Shown here piece after piece: positions 39,897-49,050 of a stretch of 64,000 nt of DNA. Origin of the DNA: Chitinophagaceae bacterium (GTDB taxonomy: Bacteria; Bacteroidota; Bacteroidia; Chitinophagales; Chitinophagaceae); contig JBDHYJ010000008.1 of NCBI GenBank assembly GCA_039811345.1, positions 12,594 to 76,593 of the forward strand, written 5' to 3'. Under the pieces are notes generated by a model, which was given only the letters and a program-made list of their open reading frames with translations, did not search any database and was not told where the DNA came from. Numbering within the stretch: the stretch's first letter is position 1; every line of letters begins with the position of its first letter. The position numbers and the translations under genes were made by a program.

Positions 39897-41045
39897 ATGA
39901 CTGTTGATCGCATCTGGTTTATTTTAGGAAAAAAGCTTACAAAGGAAGCTACCAATGAAGAATTGCAGGAACTGGAACAACTGCTATACCACCACCCTGA
40001 ATTGCATTATCCCATACAGAACATTATTGAACTGTGGCATCTTGATTTAAAAACAGATCGTCACGAAGCTATCCAGGCCCTGCAAAGACACTTGCTGAGA
40101 ATATCTGATAAGGATGGAGAAATAGTTAACATTACTGATAATACCCCTCCTGGTCTATCAAATGTGGATGAAAATCAAATTTTAATTCCGGGAAGAAAAA
40201 CTGCACGGACTAAGACAATAAGAATGGCTAAATATATCGGGGTAGCCTGTCTGATTGCTATTGCTGTTTTTTTGATTCAGGAGTATGCAGCCCCAACCAG
40301 GTCTGCAAGTCAAACCGATATGATAAGTAAGAGCAATATCCCTAACGAAATTTCTACAAAAGCAGGTTCACACTCTCTTATTACATTACCTGATGGCTCA
40401 AAAGTTATACTCAATGGAAATAGTAAGCTAACCTATGACAAATACTTTGATAAAGAAATCAGGGAAGTACAACTAAACGGAGAAGCCTATTTTGATGTAA
40501 CAAAAAACCCTGATCGCCCTTTTATCATTCACACATACCAGATGGACATAAAGGTACTTGGCACTGCTTTCAATGTAAAATCCTATAATAATGACAGTCG
40601 CTCAGAGACAAGCCTTATCCGTGGTTCCATTGAAGTAATCATGAAAAACAATCCCAATAAAAAAATAATTCTGAAACCTAAAGACAAATTGATTGTCGAA
40701 AACAAAACGGCAACTACCATTTCAGACCGGTATACTACACCCAAAGCGGCTGATTTGAATGTAAGCTTAAAAAAGATAAACTATCTGCCTGCAGACAGTA
40801 CGGTAATTGAAACCTCATGGGTAGATGACAGGCTGATATTCAGAGATGCCCCCTTTGCAGAGATTGCACTGGAAATGGAGCGCAAGTTTGGTATATCCAT
40901 ATTGATTAACAGTGAAAAGGCAAAGCAGTTCAGGTTTGATGGCAACTTTAAAAACGAGACCGTAGATCAGATACTAAATGCCCTGCAAATAGCTAATCAT
41001 TTTTCATATCAAAAACTCAACAATACCATCATAATAACCAACTAA
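39897..41045 (+). CDS. FecR-family anti-sigma factor (copy 2)
   Basis: About 382 aa from the ATG at 39897. It has the same N-domain / single TM (IGVACLIAIAVFLI) / FecR / DUF4974-like layout and lies directly upstream of susC. Confidence 0.8.
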   Translation: MTVDRIWFILGKKLTKEATNEELQELEQLLYHHPELHYPIQNIIELWHLDLKTDRHEAIQALQRHLLRISDKDGEIVNITDNTPPGLSNVDENQILIPGRKTARTKTIRMAKYIGVACLIAIAVFLIQEYAAPTRSASQTDMISKSNIPNEISTKAGSHSLITLPDGSKVILNGNSKLTYDKYFDKEIREVQLNGEAYFDVTKNPDRPFIIHTYQMDIKVLGTAFNVKSYNNDSRSETSLIRGSIEVIMKNNPNKKIILKPKDKLIVENKTATTISDRYTTPKAADLNVSLKKINYLPADSTVIETSWVDDRLIFRDAPFAEIALEMERKFGISILINSEKAKQFRFDGNFKNETVDQILNALQIANHFSYQKLNNTIIITN

Positions 41046-41096
41046 ATTAAAACACATGAGGGAACGCAATACATCTTAAAAACTTAAAAAATAAGA

Positions 41097-41124
41097 AACG
41101 GGAAATGTTGGCGCATTCCCCGTT
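41097..41124 (+). other. 11-bp hairpin (one mismatch) in the fecR2-susC intergenic region, with no downstream T-run on the + strand
   Basis: AACGGGAAATG-TTGGCG-CATTCCCCGTT. An A-run lies 5' of it, so it would look like a terminator only on the minus strand. Confidence 0.4.
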
Positions 41125-41198
41125 CAGGCTAAAAAACTTGTCTTGTAGCTTAAACAAAAATTCAAGTTTTCTTTTAATTAACCTCTAATCGTAAAAAT

Positions 41199-44100
41199 AT
41201 GAAAAAAAGACGGCTATACTATAATGGCCATTCACTAACTGCTTACATAAAAGTATTGATGGTTATGAAACTAACGGTCTTATTTATCCTGCTGAGTGTT
41301 TGCCAGGTTATGGCTAAAGCAAATGCCCAGGAAACGATCACGATGAACATTGATAAAATGGCTATCAATAATGTATTGAATGCAATTGAAAAACAGGGAT
41401 ATTATCGTTTTGTTTATAACAGCAATTTGAAAAACATTAAACAAAAAGTTTCTGTTGACTTTAAAGAAGCTTCCATAAACAATGTACTTCAAAGGATCCT
41501 TTCAGGCACAGGGTTGCTATACGATATCCTGGGAGATAATCTCATAGTTATTCGAATGGATGAAAGTTTGATAAAAGACATCACTATAAAAGGTAAAGTA
41601 AATGATGCTTCCGGCAATCCTATACCCGGCGCTTCAGTAACCATTAAAGGCACTTCAAAAGGTGTTACTACCGATGCAAACGGTGATTATACCATTTCTG
41701 CACCTGAAAAAGGAATACTTATTATTTCTTCTATAGGATTCAAATCCCAGGAAATTGCGATAAACGATCAAACAACAATTGATGTATACCTTGAACCTTC
41801 TACCCCACAACAACTGAATGAAGTTGTAGTGATTGGGTATGGTACGGCAAAAAAGGCTGATTTAACGAGTGCAATTGGTACCATTAAACCGGAGGAATTG
41901 AAAAAAACGCCGAGCGGTGCCTTGCTTAATGCCGTACAAGGCAATGTAACCGGTGTGCAAATCAGCAGTTTGGGCGGACCGGGTGATGCACCCGAAATCA
42001 ATATTCGCGGGATCAAATCCTTATACGGTGGAAGTGTTTTATATGTAGTGGATGGAGTATTTGTTGACAATATTGATTTCCTGACGCCCAATGATATCCA
42101 GGACTTCCAGATTCTAAAGGATGCCTCTTCCGCTGCTATATATGGGTATAAGGCTTCTAACGGAGTAATAGTAATTACCACGAAGAGCGGTAAATATAAC
42201 AGGGACGCTACTGTTTCTTATTCCGGTTATTATGGCGTACAAAGAGCCACTAACGTTGTAAAAATGGCCAATGCTGAGCAGTTTGTAAATTTTGCTAATG
42301 AATCCGGCTCCAGCGTTGAAATAGCGAGTGTGCAGGAGGCTATTGCAAGATATGGGAGGAGCAGGATTAACCCAAATTTACCCGCTGCAAATACCGATTG
42401 GTATAAGGAAGCGTTGCGCATTGCGCCTATTATGAACCATGATATTTCTGTTGACGGAGGTTCAAAAAAAGTATCCTATTCTTTAGGTGCCAGTTATTTT
42501 ACCCAGGATGGGATACTGGACATGAATAACAGTTATAAGCGGTATAATGTGAGGGCAAAATTAGAAACAAAAGCAAAAGAATGGTTGACAATAGGAGCCG
42601 GTATGGTGTATAGTAAAAGCCAGCAATATGATTACGGCAATATTAACCCCTGGGCAGAGATCTATTATGCCGTACCTATCCTTCCTGTGCTGGATGAAAA
42701 CTATGCCGGTCAAACGGTATACTCCCAGCCATATTCTTCAGCAAAGGATGTAGGGTACAGAGATCATCAGAACCCGTTCCCCAATATGAATAATGTAGAC
42801 AACCTGGGAGAAAGGAGAAGGATCACAGCTAATGTGTATGGAGATTTTCATATTCTTCCGAAGACATTAAACTTCAGAACGAGCCTGTCTTATAATAACA
42901 GAAATGATAATAACAGGTTGATGAATTTGCCATATTATATTGCCGATGATTATCAAAGAAGTTTAGTACAATCGTCCATTACAAGGTCTAACGTGCTGGA
43001 AGAAAATTATACGTTTGACAACGTATTAACCTATACCAAGACATTTGGCGATCACGATCTTACTGCCATGGGCGGATTTTCTTTCAGGGATGAGAGGTAT
43101 ACCTTCTTTTCGACTACAGGAAATTTTTATGATGGCCCTTTTTCAAGAGATGTAAAGCAAACCTGGTATATTGAAAATACTTCTGCAAGCTCAAGGGTAT
43201 CTTCTGATGATGGAACCAGGGTATATAGCCGTTCTTTTTTCGGAAGATTGCAGTATAAATACAAGGATAAATATATTGCTTATGCTACCCTAAGGAACGA
43301 AGCAGCCAACAAGTACAACCAGGAAAAAAGTATTACGTTGCCTTCTGTAGGACTTGCCTGGGTTGTTTCCAGCGAAGATTTCATGAAAAACCTGCCTGCT
43401 ATTAATTATTTAAAATTCAGGGCAGGCTGGGGCCGTTTGGCTAATGGCAATGTGCCAACAGCAAGAGCACAAAGCGCCAATTCTGTATGGAGCGTATTCA
43501 ACGACACAAAAGTAGATGGCTTTAATTTTTCTACTTACCAGGACAATTTAAGCTGGGAATTTAACGAAGAACTAAACATAGGAGCAGACCTGGAATTGCT
43601 TGACAGAAGGTTAAGCATTACTGCAGATTACTTTGTAAAAAACACCAAAAACCTCGCTATTCCTGTATTGCCCCAGGTAGGCAACGAAACGAGTTATCAA
43701 AATGTAGGCGCAATGCGTAATAAGGGTATAGAAATTTCGGCTACCTGGAGAGGGAAGATTGCTAATGATTTCGGTTATACGATAGGTGCCAATTTCAGTA
43801 CCATTCACAATGAAGTTACCAATCTTTATGGGCAGGCTTTTTTAAGCAGAGGACCGCTGGCTGAGTTCCCGCAACGATTGACAGTAGGGCAGCCCTTTGA
43901 TGTATTTTACGGATACGAGATTACTGGCGTTTATCAAACCCAGTCCGAAGTAGATGGTGACCCGGTAGCTGTTGCAGCAAATGCAGCCGGGGCAGGAACA
44001 GTAAAACCGGGATATTTCAAATTCAGGGATGTAAACGGTGATAAAGTATTGGATGCAAACGACAGGGTGTATTTAGGTTCACCGGCGCCCACCTATTATT

Positions 44101-44555
44101 ATGGTGGTAACATAGGATTAAACTATAAAAACTTTGATTTATCTGTACGTATTTACGGGCAGGGTGGAAATATAATTTTCAATAGTAACCGCGCCGAAGT
44201 TTTCAGGACTCAGGGAAGAAATATAGACGCCCAGTTAGCTAAAAACCGCTGGCATGGCGAAGGGACTACCAACAGTTATCCCTCATCTGAAGGATACAGG
44301 ACTGCATGGAACCAAAAGGCTTCCAGGTTTTGGTTAGAAGACGGAAAGTTCTTCAGGATTCAAAATATTCAGTTAGGATACTCCATAGAGAAACGTAACA
44401 AGGTTCCTGAAATGCGTTTTACTCTAACTGCCGACAGGCCTTATGTATGGTCAAAAAGTAAATCAACCAATGTGGAAGTGGGTTTTGATGGAATTGATTC
44501 GGGTACTTATCCTACCCCTTCTGTTTTTACTATTGGTTGGAGTGTTAAATTTTAA
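41199..44555 (+). CDS. susC: SusC/RagA-family TonB-dependent transporter with an N-terminal STN signalling domain
   Basis: 1118 aa. Signal peptide, STN-like segment (VSVDFKEASINNVLQRILSGTGLLYDILGDNLIVI), CarboxypepD_reg segment (IKGKVNDASGNPIPGASVTIKG), plug (VVVIGYGTAKKADLTSAIG) and a terminal aromatic residue. Confidence 0.95.
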   Translation: MKKRRLYYNGHSLTAYIKVLMVMKLTVLFILLSVCQVMAKANAQETITMNIDKMAINNVLNAIEKQGYYRFVYNSNLKNIKQKVSVDFKEASINNVLQRILSGTGLLYDILGDNLIVIRMDESLIKDITIKGKVNDASGNPIPGASVTIKGTSKGVTTDANGDYTISAPEKGILIISSIGFKSQEIAINDQTTIDVYLEPSTPQQLNEVVVIGYGTAKKADLTSAIGTIKPEELKKTPSGALLNAVQGNVTGVQISSLGGPGDAPEINIRGIKSLYGGSVLYVVDGVFVDNIDFLTPNDIQDFQILKDASSAAIYGYKASNGVIVITTKSGKYNRDATVSYSGYYGVQRATNVVKMANAEQFVNFANESGSSVEIASVQEAIARYGRSRINPNLPAANTDWYKEALRIAPIMNHDISVDGGSKKVSYSLGASYFTQDGILDMNNSYKRYNVRAKLETKAKEWLTIGAGMVYSKSQQYDYGNINPWAEIYYAVPILPVLDENYAGQTVYSQPYSSAKDVGYRDHQNPFPNMNNVDNLGERRRITANVYGDFHILPKTLNFRTSLSYNNRNDNNRLMNLPYYIADDYQRSLVQSSITRSNVLEENYTFDNVLTYTKTFGDHDLTAMGGFSFRDERYTFFSTTGNFYDGPFSRDVKQTWYIENTSASSRVSSDDGTRVYSRSFFGRLQYKYKDKYIAYATLRNEAANKYNQEKSITLPSVGLAWVVSSEDFMKNLPAINYLKFRAGWGRLANGNVPTARAQSANSVWSVFNDTKVDGFNFSTYQDNLSWEFNEELNIGADLELLDRRLSITADYFVKNTKNLAIPVLPQVGNETSYQNVGAMRNKGIEISATWRGKIANDFGYTIGANFSTIHNEVTNLYGQAFLSRGPLAEFPQRLTVGQPFDVFYGYEITGVYQTQSEVDGDPVAVAANAAGAGTVKPGYFKFRDVNGDKVLDANDRVYLGSPAPTYYYGGNIGLNYKNFDLSVRIYGQGGNIIFNSNRAEVFRTQGRNIDAQLAKNRWHGEGTTNSYPSSEGYRTAWNQKASRFWLEDGKFFRIQNIQLGYSIEKRNKVPEMRFTLTADRPYVWSKSKSTNVEVGFDGIDSGTYPTPSVFTIGWSVKF

Positions 44556-44578
44556 TGCAGCATTTTAAATTTAATAAA

Positions 44579-46132
44579 ATGAAAAGTAAAAAATATTTAT
44601 TGGGGCCTTTATTTATTATCACAACGTTTTTATTAACGGATTGCAATAAACAATTAGATGCTCCAAGGGAATTAGAAACCAAGGCTGGAAGCGTGGATTA
44701 TACCAGCCCAATTGCAGCAAAAGCAGCTTTGGTAGGAGCATATCAGTCATTCTATGATTTTTGGTGGGAGCATGTTCCCTGCCTGTCAGTTCGTGGAGAC
44801 GATGTAAATTCCGGGGGCGGCAGGAACGGCGTATTTGATCAGCCACCTTTTCACGATGAGGATATGTTTGTGTATGATGCAAATTTTTGGATGATAAATA
44901 ATGCATGGGATGGTCTGTTTCAGCATGTACTTCAAATAACGGCTCAAATTGAACAATTGGAAAAATTCAGGGAAGCCGGTGTAAGTTCTGCATTAGTGGA
45001 TCAATACATTGCCGAATGCCAGGTGTTGAGAGGTTGGCTTACATTAATGTTGTCAAGAACATTTGGCGGGGTATTTAAAGTAACTTCTACAGATCCTACA
45101 CTCCTTTCAATGCAGACCAAAGATGAGATCATGAACTGGATAAAAACAGAAATGGAAGATGCTTCAGCAAAATTATTGGATATGCGTCCCAACCAAAGAA
45201 CTGATTTAAAGGGAGGGGTTACAAAATATACCGCTTTAGCAGTTAAGGCAATGGCCGAGCAGGAGTTAAAAGATTACAATGCGGTTGCAGCAACTACAGG
45301 TGAAATTATTTCTTCCGGAAAGTTTAACCTGTACAGCGATTTTAATAAAGAATTTAAAACCGCGGGTAAATTATCTAATGAGAATATACTGGAAGTACAA
45401 TACTCTGATTTCAATTCAGGTTCGGGAGATAGTAGGAATTATTTAAATGATTTTTTTGGTCCTACAAACTGGACACCTGCAGTGAGTGGTGCTGGTGGCG
45501 GCTGGGGATTCTTTGAGCCAAGTGAGAAATATATTAAATTTATGTTGAACAGAGGAGAGAAGACCCGCCTCCAGACAAGTGTAATTTTTACTCCTGATGG
45601 TATTGATAAAATAAAATCAGACCCCGCATTTGCAACACTACCGGCATGGATTTCTAACACCACCCCCGAAGGAGATGTTTTCTTAAATTCTCCCAGGGTT
45701 TATTTTTATAGCGGTAAACATTACCTGCCTACTATAGAATTAATTCCGGGCAGGACAGGTTATGCCAGCAATAAAAATATGAACATCATCAGGTATGCTG
45801 AAATATTATTAATGTATGCAGAAGCGGTAACCCGTGGTGGCAATGCATCTGCGGGAAGCGCGGATGCCGCTGTAAACTTAGTAAGGGCGAGAGCAGGCCT
45901 GACACCTGTATCAGGGGTAACCAGTCAGCAGGTTATAGACGAGAAATATGCAGAATTGGCTATGGAATGGGGTAACAGGTATTATGATATGATCCGTTTG
46001 GAAAATACTGCCGAATTAAGCTATGACGGCAGAACATTTACAATGGCAAAAAAATACCTCCCTTATCCTTTGGCACAATTAGACAAGAGCCCAATATTAA
46101 AAGAATACGCGGATACGCATCCCGATCATTAA
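44579..46132 (+). CDS. susD: SusD/RagB-family nutrient-binding lipoprotein
   Basis: It immediately follows susC. Lipoprotein signal MKSKKYLLGPLFIITTFLLTDC. C-terminal RYAEILLMYAEA and ELAMEWGNRYYDMIR motifs. Confidence 0.85.
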   Translation: MKSKKYLLGPLFIITTFLLTDCNKQLDAPRELETKAGSVDYTSPIAAKAALVGAYQSFYDFWWEHVPCLSVRGDDVNSGGGRNGVFDQPPFHDEDMFVYDANFWMINNAWDGLFQHVLQITAQIEQLEKFREAGVSSALVDQYIAECQVLRGWLTLMLSRTFGGVFKVTSTDPTLLSMQTKDEIMNWIKTEMEDASAKLLDMRPNQRTDLKGGVTKYTALAVKAMAEQELKDYNAVAATTGEIISSGKFNLYSDFNKEFKTAGKLSNENILEVQYSDFNSGSGDSRNYLNDFFGPTNWTPAVSGAGGGWGFFEPSEKYIKFMLNRGEKTRLQTSVIFTPDGIDKIKSDPAFATLPAWISNTTPEGDVFLNSPRVYFYSGKHYLPTIELIPGRTGYASNKNMNIIRYAEILLMYAEAVTRGGNASAGSADAAVNLVRARAGLTPVSGVTSQQVIDEKYAELAMEWGNRYYDMIRLENTAELSYDGRTFTMAKKYLPYPLAQLDKSPILKEYADTHPDH

Positions 46133-46151
46133 TTTATTAAATATTACTATC

Positions 46152-47222
46152 ATGAAAAGTATTTTTAATTATACTATTACAGGGATAGTGCTCCTATTAT
46201 CCTTTACAGCCTGTAAGAAAGGCTATATAGACCCTATTTCGAAAGTAGACCCGGGACCTGATGAGCTGGCGCCAACCGTAGAGATACTTAGCCCTTCGGC
46301 TGATATTCAATATCCTGCTACCACCGAGGCAGCAAATTTTGATTTTAAATTTAATGTCAATGATGATATTGAGTTAAGCAAAGTTGATATTTCACTTGAC
46401 GGGTCATTATTAAAATCATACACCAGCTTTATAGATTACAGGGGAATGTCAGGAGTATACACTTATCCTGATTTAGCAATAGGTGCTCACACTTTTGAAG
46501 TTGTTGCAACAGATCTGTCCGGGAAAAGCACCACCAAATCCTTTGCATTTAACATAACGAAATACGATAAAGTTTTAGAAAGTGAAACTTTATATGTTCC
46601 TTTTAATGCAGGGGGTGATTATAAAGATCTGATAAATTTTGTCTCACCAACCGTGACTGGCAATCCAGGTACTACAAGTGCATCCGGCGGACACAATGGC
46701 GCAGCTTACCAGGGAGCAACTGATGCATATTTATCATATCCTATTGCCGGATTGTATGGTGTAAATAATGAAATGAGTTTTGCATTTTGGTATAAATTGA
46801 ATAATGTGCCTGATAGATCGGGGTTGATAGTAGTAGGAAATGATAATGACAATGAAACCAGAAATCAGGGATTTCGTTTGTTTAGAGAAAATGATACCCA
46901 GAATTTGACTATCAATGTCGGAACAGGAAGCAGTGACTCCTGGATTGGTGCAGGCTCCCAGGCTTCAGGTATTGGGGTATGGAAATTTATTACAGTAACC
47001 ATTTCTCCTACTGAGACAAAAATATATATTGATGGTGTAGAAAAAGCATCAGGGTCATATACGAGTAAAATGGATTTGACAGGCTGTAGTAAATTGGTCT
47101 TAGGATCAGGCGGGCCTACATTCGCTTACTGGGATCATAAATCCGATTTAAGTTTATACGATGACTTCAGGGTATTCAATAAAGTGCTGACACCCGAAGA
47201 TATTGATCTTTTAATGCAGTAA
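46152..47222 (+). CDS. Surface lipoprotein with an Ig-like domain plus a LamG/concanavalin-like domain (candidate surface glycan-binding protein)
   Basis: Lipobox LLSFTAC. The N-terminal part is beta-sandwich-like. The C-terminal part is LamG-like (FAFWYKLN ... WKFITVTISPTETKIYIDGV ... DDFRVFNKVLTPEDI). Confidence 0.65.
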   Translation: MKSIFNYTITGIVLLLSFTACKKGYIDPISKVDPGPDELAPTVEILSPSADIQYPATTEAANFDFKFNVNDDIELSKVDISLDGSLLKSYTSFIDYRGMSGVYTYPDLAIGAHTFEVVATDLSGKSTTKSFAFNITKYDKVLESETLYVPFNAGGDYKDLINFVSPTVTGNPGTTSASGGHNGAAYQGATDAYLSYPIAGLYGVNNEMSFAFWYKLNNVPDRSGLIVVGNDNDNETRNQGFRLFRENDTQNLTINVGTGSSDSWIGAGSQASGIGVWKFITVTISPTETKIYIDGVEKASGSYTSKMDLTGCSKLVLGSGGPTFAYWDHKSDLSLYDDFRVFNKVLTPEDIDLLMQ

Positions 47223-47246
47223 TAGCTTGAATTACATCAGCTGATT

Positions 47247-47286
47247 AAAAACGCTTTACGGTACGGCAAAACCGTAAAGCGTTTTT
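47247..47286. terminator. Strong bidirectional rho-independent terminator
   Basis: AAAAACGCTTTACGGT-ACGGCAAA-ACCGTAAAGCGTTTTT. This is a perfect 16-nt inverted repeat including the A and T tracts. Confidence 0.85.
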
Positions 47287-47370
47287 GATATAAGATTAAG
47301 ATCGCGGAAGTATAATTCCTGTCAATTATTATTAATGTCTTGACCTTTTTAAAATATGTGAGTCTGGGAG

Positions 47371-49020
47371 ATGAGAAAAATATTATTTTCAGTTTTGTTA
47401 TTTCATGTGGCTTTCATCAGCTCATGTAAAAAGGGTGGCGATACTGCACCACCTCCGGCTCAGGATTTTACTATCAACAGTTGGGATGTGGAAGGTATTA
47501 CTAACCAGAACGAAAACAGGGGAACAACTATAAACCCTGTTATCCGGCTTTATTTCCCTTTTGCAATTGACAGGGCTTCGGTTGCTTCGGCTATTGAGCT
47601 GCACACAGCAAATTATAATGTAAACTATCAGAATGGAGACAGCACATTAGCAATACAGCCAAAATCTGCCTTATCATATCTTTCAAACTATTCGCTTACT
47701 GTTAACAATACCCTGAAATCAAAGAGTGGAGGAAAGTTGATTTTCCCTGTTGAAATTAAGTTGCAGACCAGGTATGACCCTACATTTAAATTTCCGGTAA
47801 TAAGTGACAGCGCCCTGCTTGATAAAATTCAGCAACAAACATTTAAATACTTCTGGGACTTTGGCCACCCGGTAAGCGGCCTGGCAAGAGAAAGAAGCAA
47901 TGGTAATAATGATGTAGTTACTTCCGGGGGCTCAGGATTTGGCATAATGGCTATACCTGTGGCGGTTAGCCGAAATTTTATTACCAGGGCTGATGGGCTT
48001 GCCCGTATGCAAAAGATTGTTGGCTTTTTAAAGAATACTGCGGTAAAAGTGAAAGGTGCATTTCCGCACTGGTTAAATGGGAGCACCGGTGCTATAATCC
48101 CTTTTAGCGCCAATGATGATGGTGCAGACCTGGTGGAAACTTCTTATTTAATGGCAGGGTTGCTTACTGCCCGGCAATATTTTAATGGAACAGACGCTGA
48201 TGAAACTGCTTTAAGGAACGATATCAATGAGCTGTGGAACGGTGTGGAATGGGATTGGTTCAGGAATGACGGGCAGAATGTTCTGTACTGGCATTACAGT
48301 GATACAAAACAATGGGTAATGAATTTCCCAATACAGGGCTGGAATGAATGCCTTATCACTTATATACTGGCAGCATCTTCCACTACTCATGGTATTCCTC
48401 CATCGGTTTATACAAATGGCTGGGCCTCCGGTTCATCATTCTTAAATGGCAATACTTTTTACGGCCATCAATTGCCGTTAGGACCTTCGCTGGGAGGTCC
48501 GCTGTTCTTTTCACACTACTCATTTTTAGGGATGAATCCTAATGGGCTGAGTGACGCTTACGCAAACTACAGCACACAAACCACTAATCATTCACTCATT
48601 AATTATGAATATTGCAAAGCAAACCCCAGGAGATGGTATGGCTATAGCGATAGCTGCTGGGGACTTACAGCAAGCGACATACAAAATGGTTATACAGCCA
48701 GCTCACCAACAAACGATGTAGGAGTAATTGCAGCAACTGCTGCAATATCTTCATTACCTTATACTCCTGAAGAATCAATGAAGGCAATTAAATTTTATTA
48801 TTATGTATTAGGTGATAAAATATGGAAGGATTATGGTTTTGTTGACGCATTTTCACTGCATGATCTCTGGTTTGCCAACTCTTTTTTAGCAATAGACCAG
48901 GGACCGCAAATTATAATGATTGAAAACTACAGAACCGGGTTGGTTTGGAATTTATTTATGAGTTGCCCCGAAGTAAAAAATGGTTTGAAATCTTTAGGGT
49001 TTAGTGCACCCGGATTATAA
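47371..49020 (+). CDS. GH144-like (glucoamylase-family / endo-beta-1,2-glucanase-like) lipoprotein with an extra N-terminal Ig-like domain
   Basis: 549 aa with lipobox FISSC. The motifs QQTFKYFWDFGHPVSGLARERS, FPHWLNG and GGPLFFSHYSFLG match what I recall for PF10091/DUF3131-type enzymes. It is a paralogue of the next gene. Confidence 0.6.
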   Translation: MRKILFSVLLFHVAFISSCKKGGDTAPPPAQDFTINSWDVEGITNQNENRGTTINPVIRLYFPFAIDRASVASAIELHTANYNVNYQNGDSTLAIQPKSALSYLSNYSLTVNNTLKSKSGGKLIFPVEIKLQTRYDPTFKFPVISDSALLDKIQQQTFKYFWDFGHPVSGLARERSNGNNDVVTSGGSGFGIMAIPVAVSRNFITRADGLARMQKIVGFLKNTAVKVKGAFPHWLNGSTGAIIPFSANDDGADLVETSYLMAGLLTARQYFNGTDADETALRNDINELWNGVEWDWFRNDGQNVLYWHYSDTKQWVMNFPIQGWNECLITYILAASSTTHGIPPSVYTNGWASGSSFLNGNTFYGHQLPLGPSLGGPLFFSHYSFLGMNPNGLSDAYANYSTQTTNHSLINYEYCKANPRRWYGYSDSCWGLTASDIQNGYTASSPTNDVGVIAATAAISSLPYTPEESMKAIKFYYYVLGDKIWKDYGFVDAFSLHDLWFANSFLAIDQGPQIIMIENYRTGLVWNLFMSCPEVKNGLKSLGFSAPGL

Positions 49021-49050
49021 GTTTATTATCAAAACGAAATCTTGATTGTT

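Noticed and set aside
41768-42181. 137-aa minus-strand ORF
   Set aside because: It is antisense to the SusC plug region.
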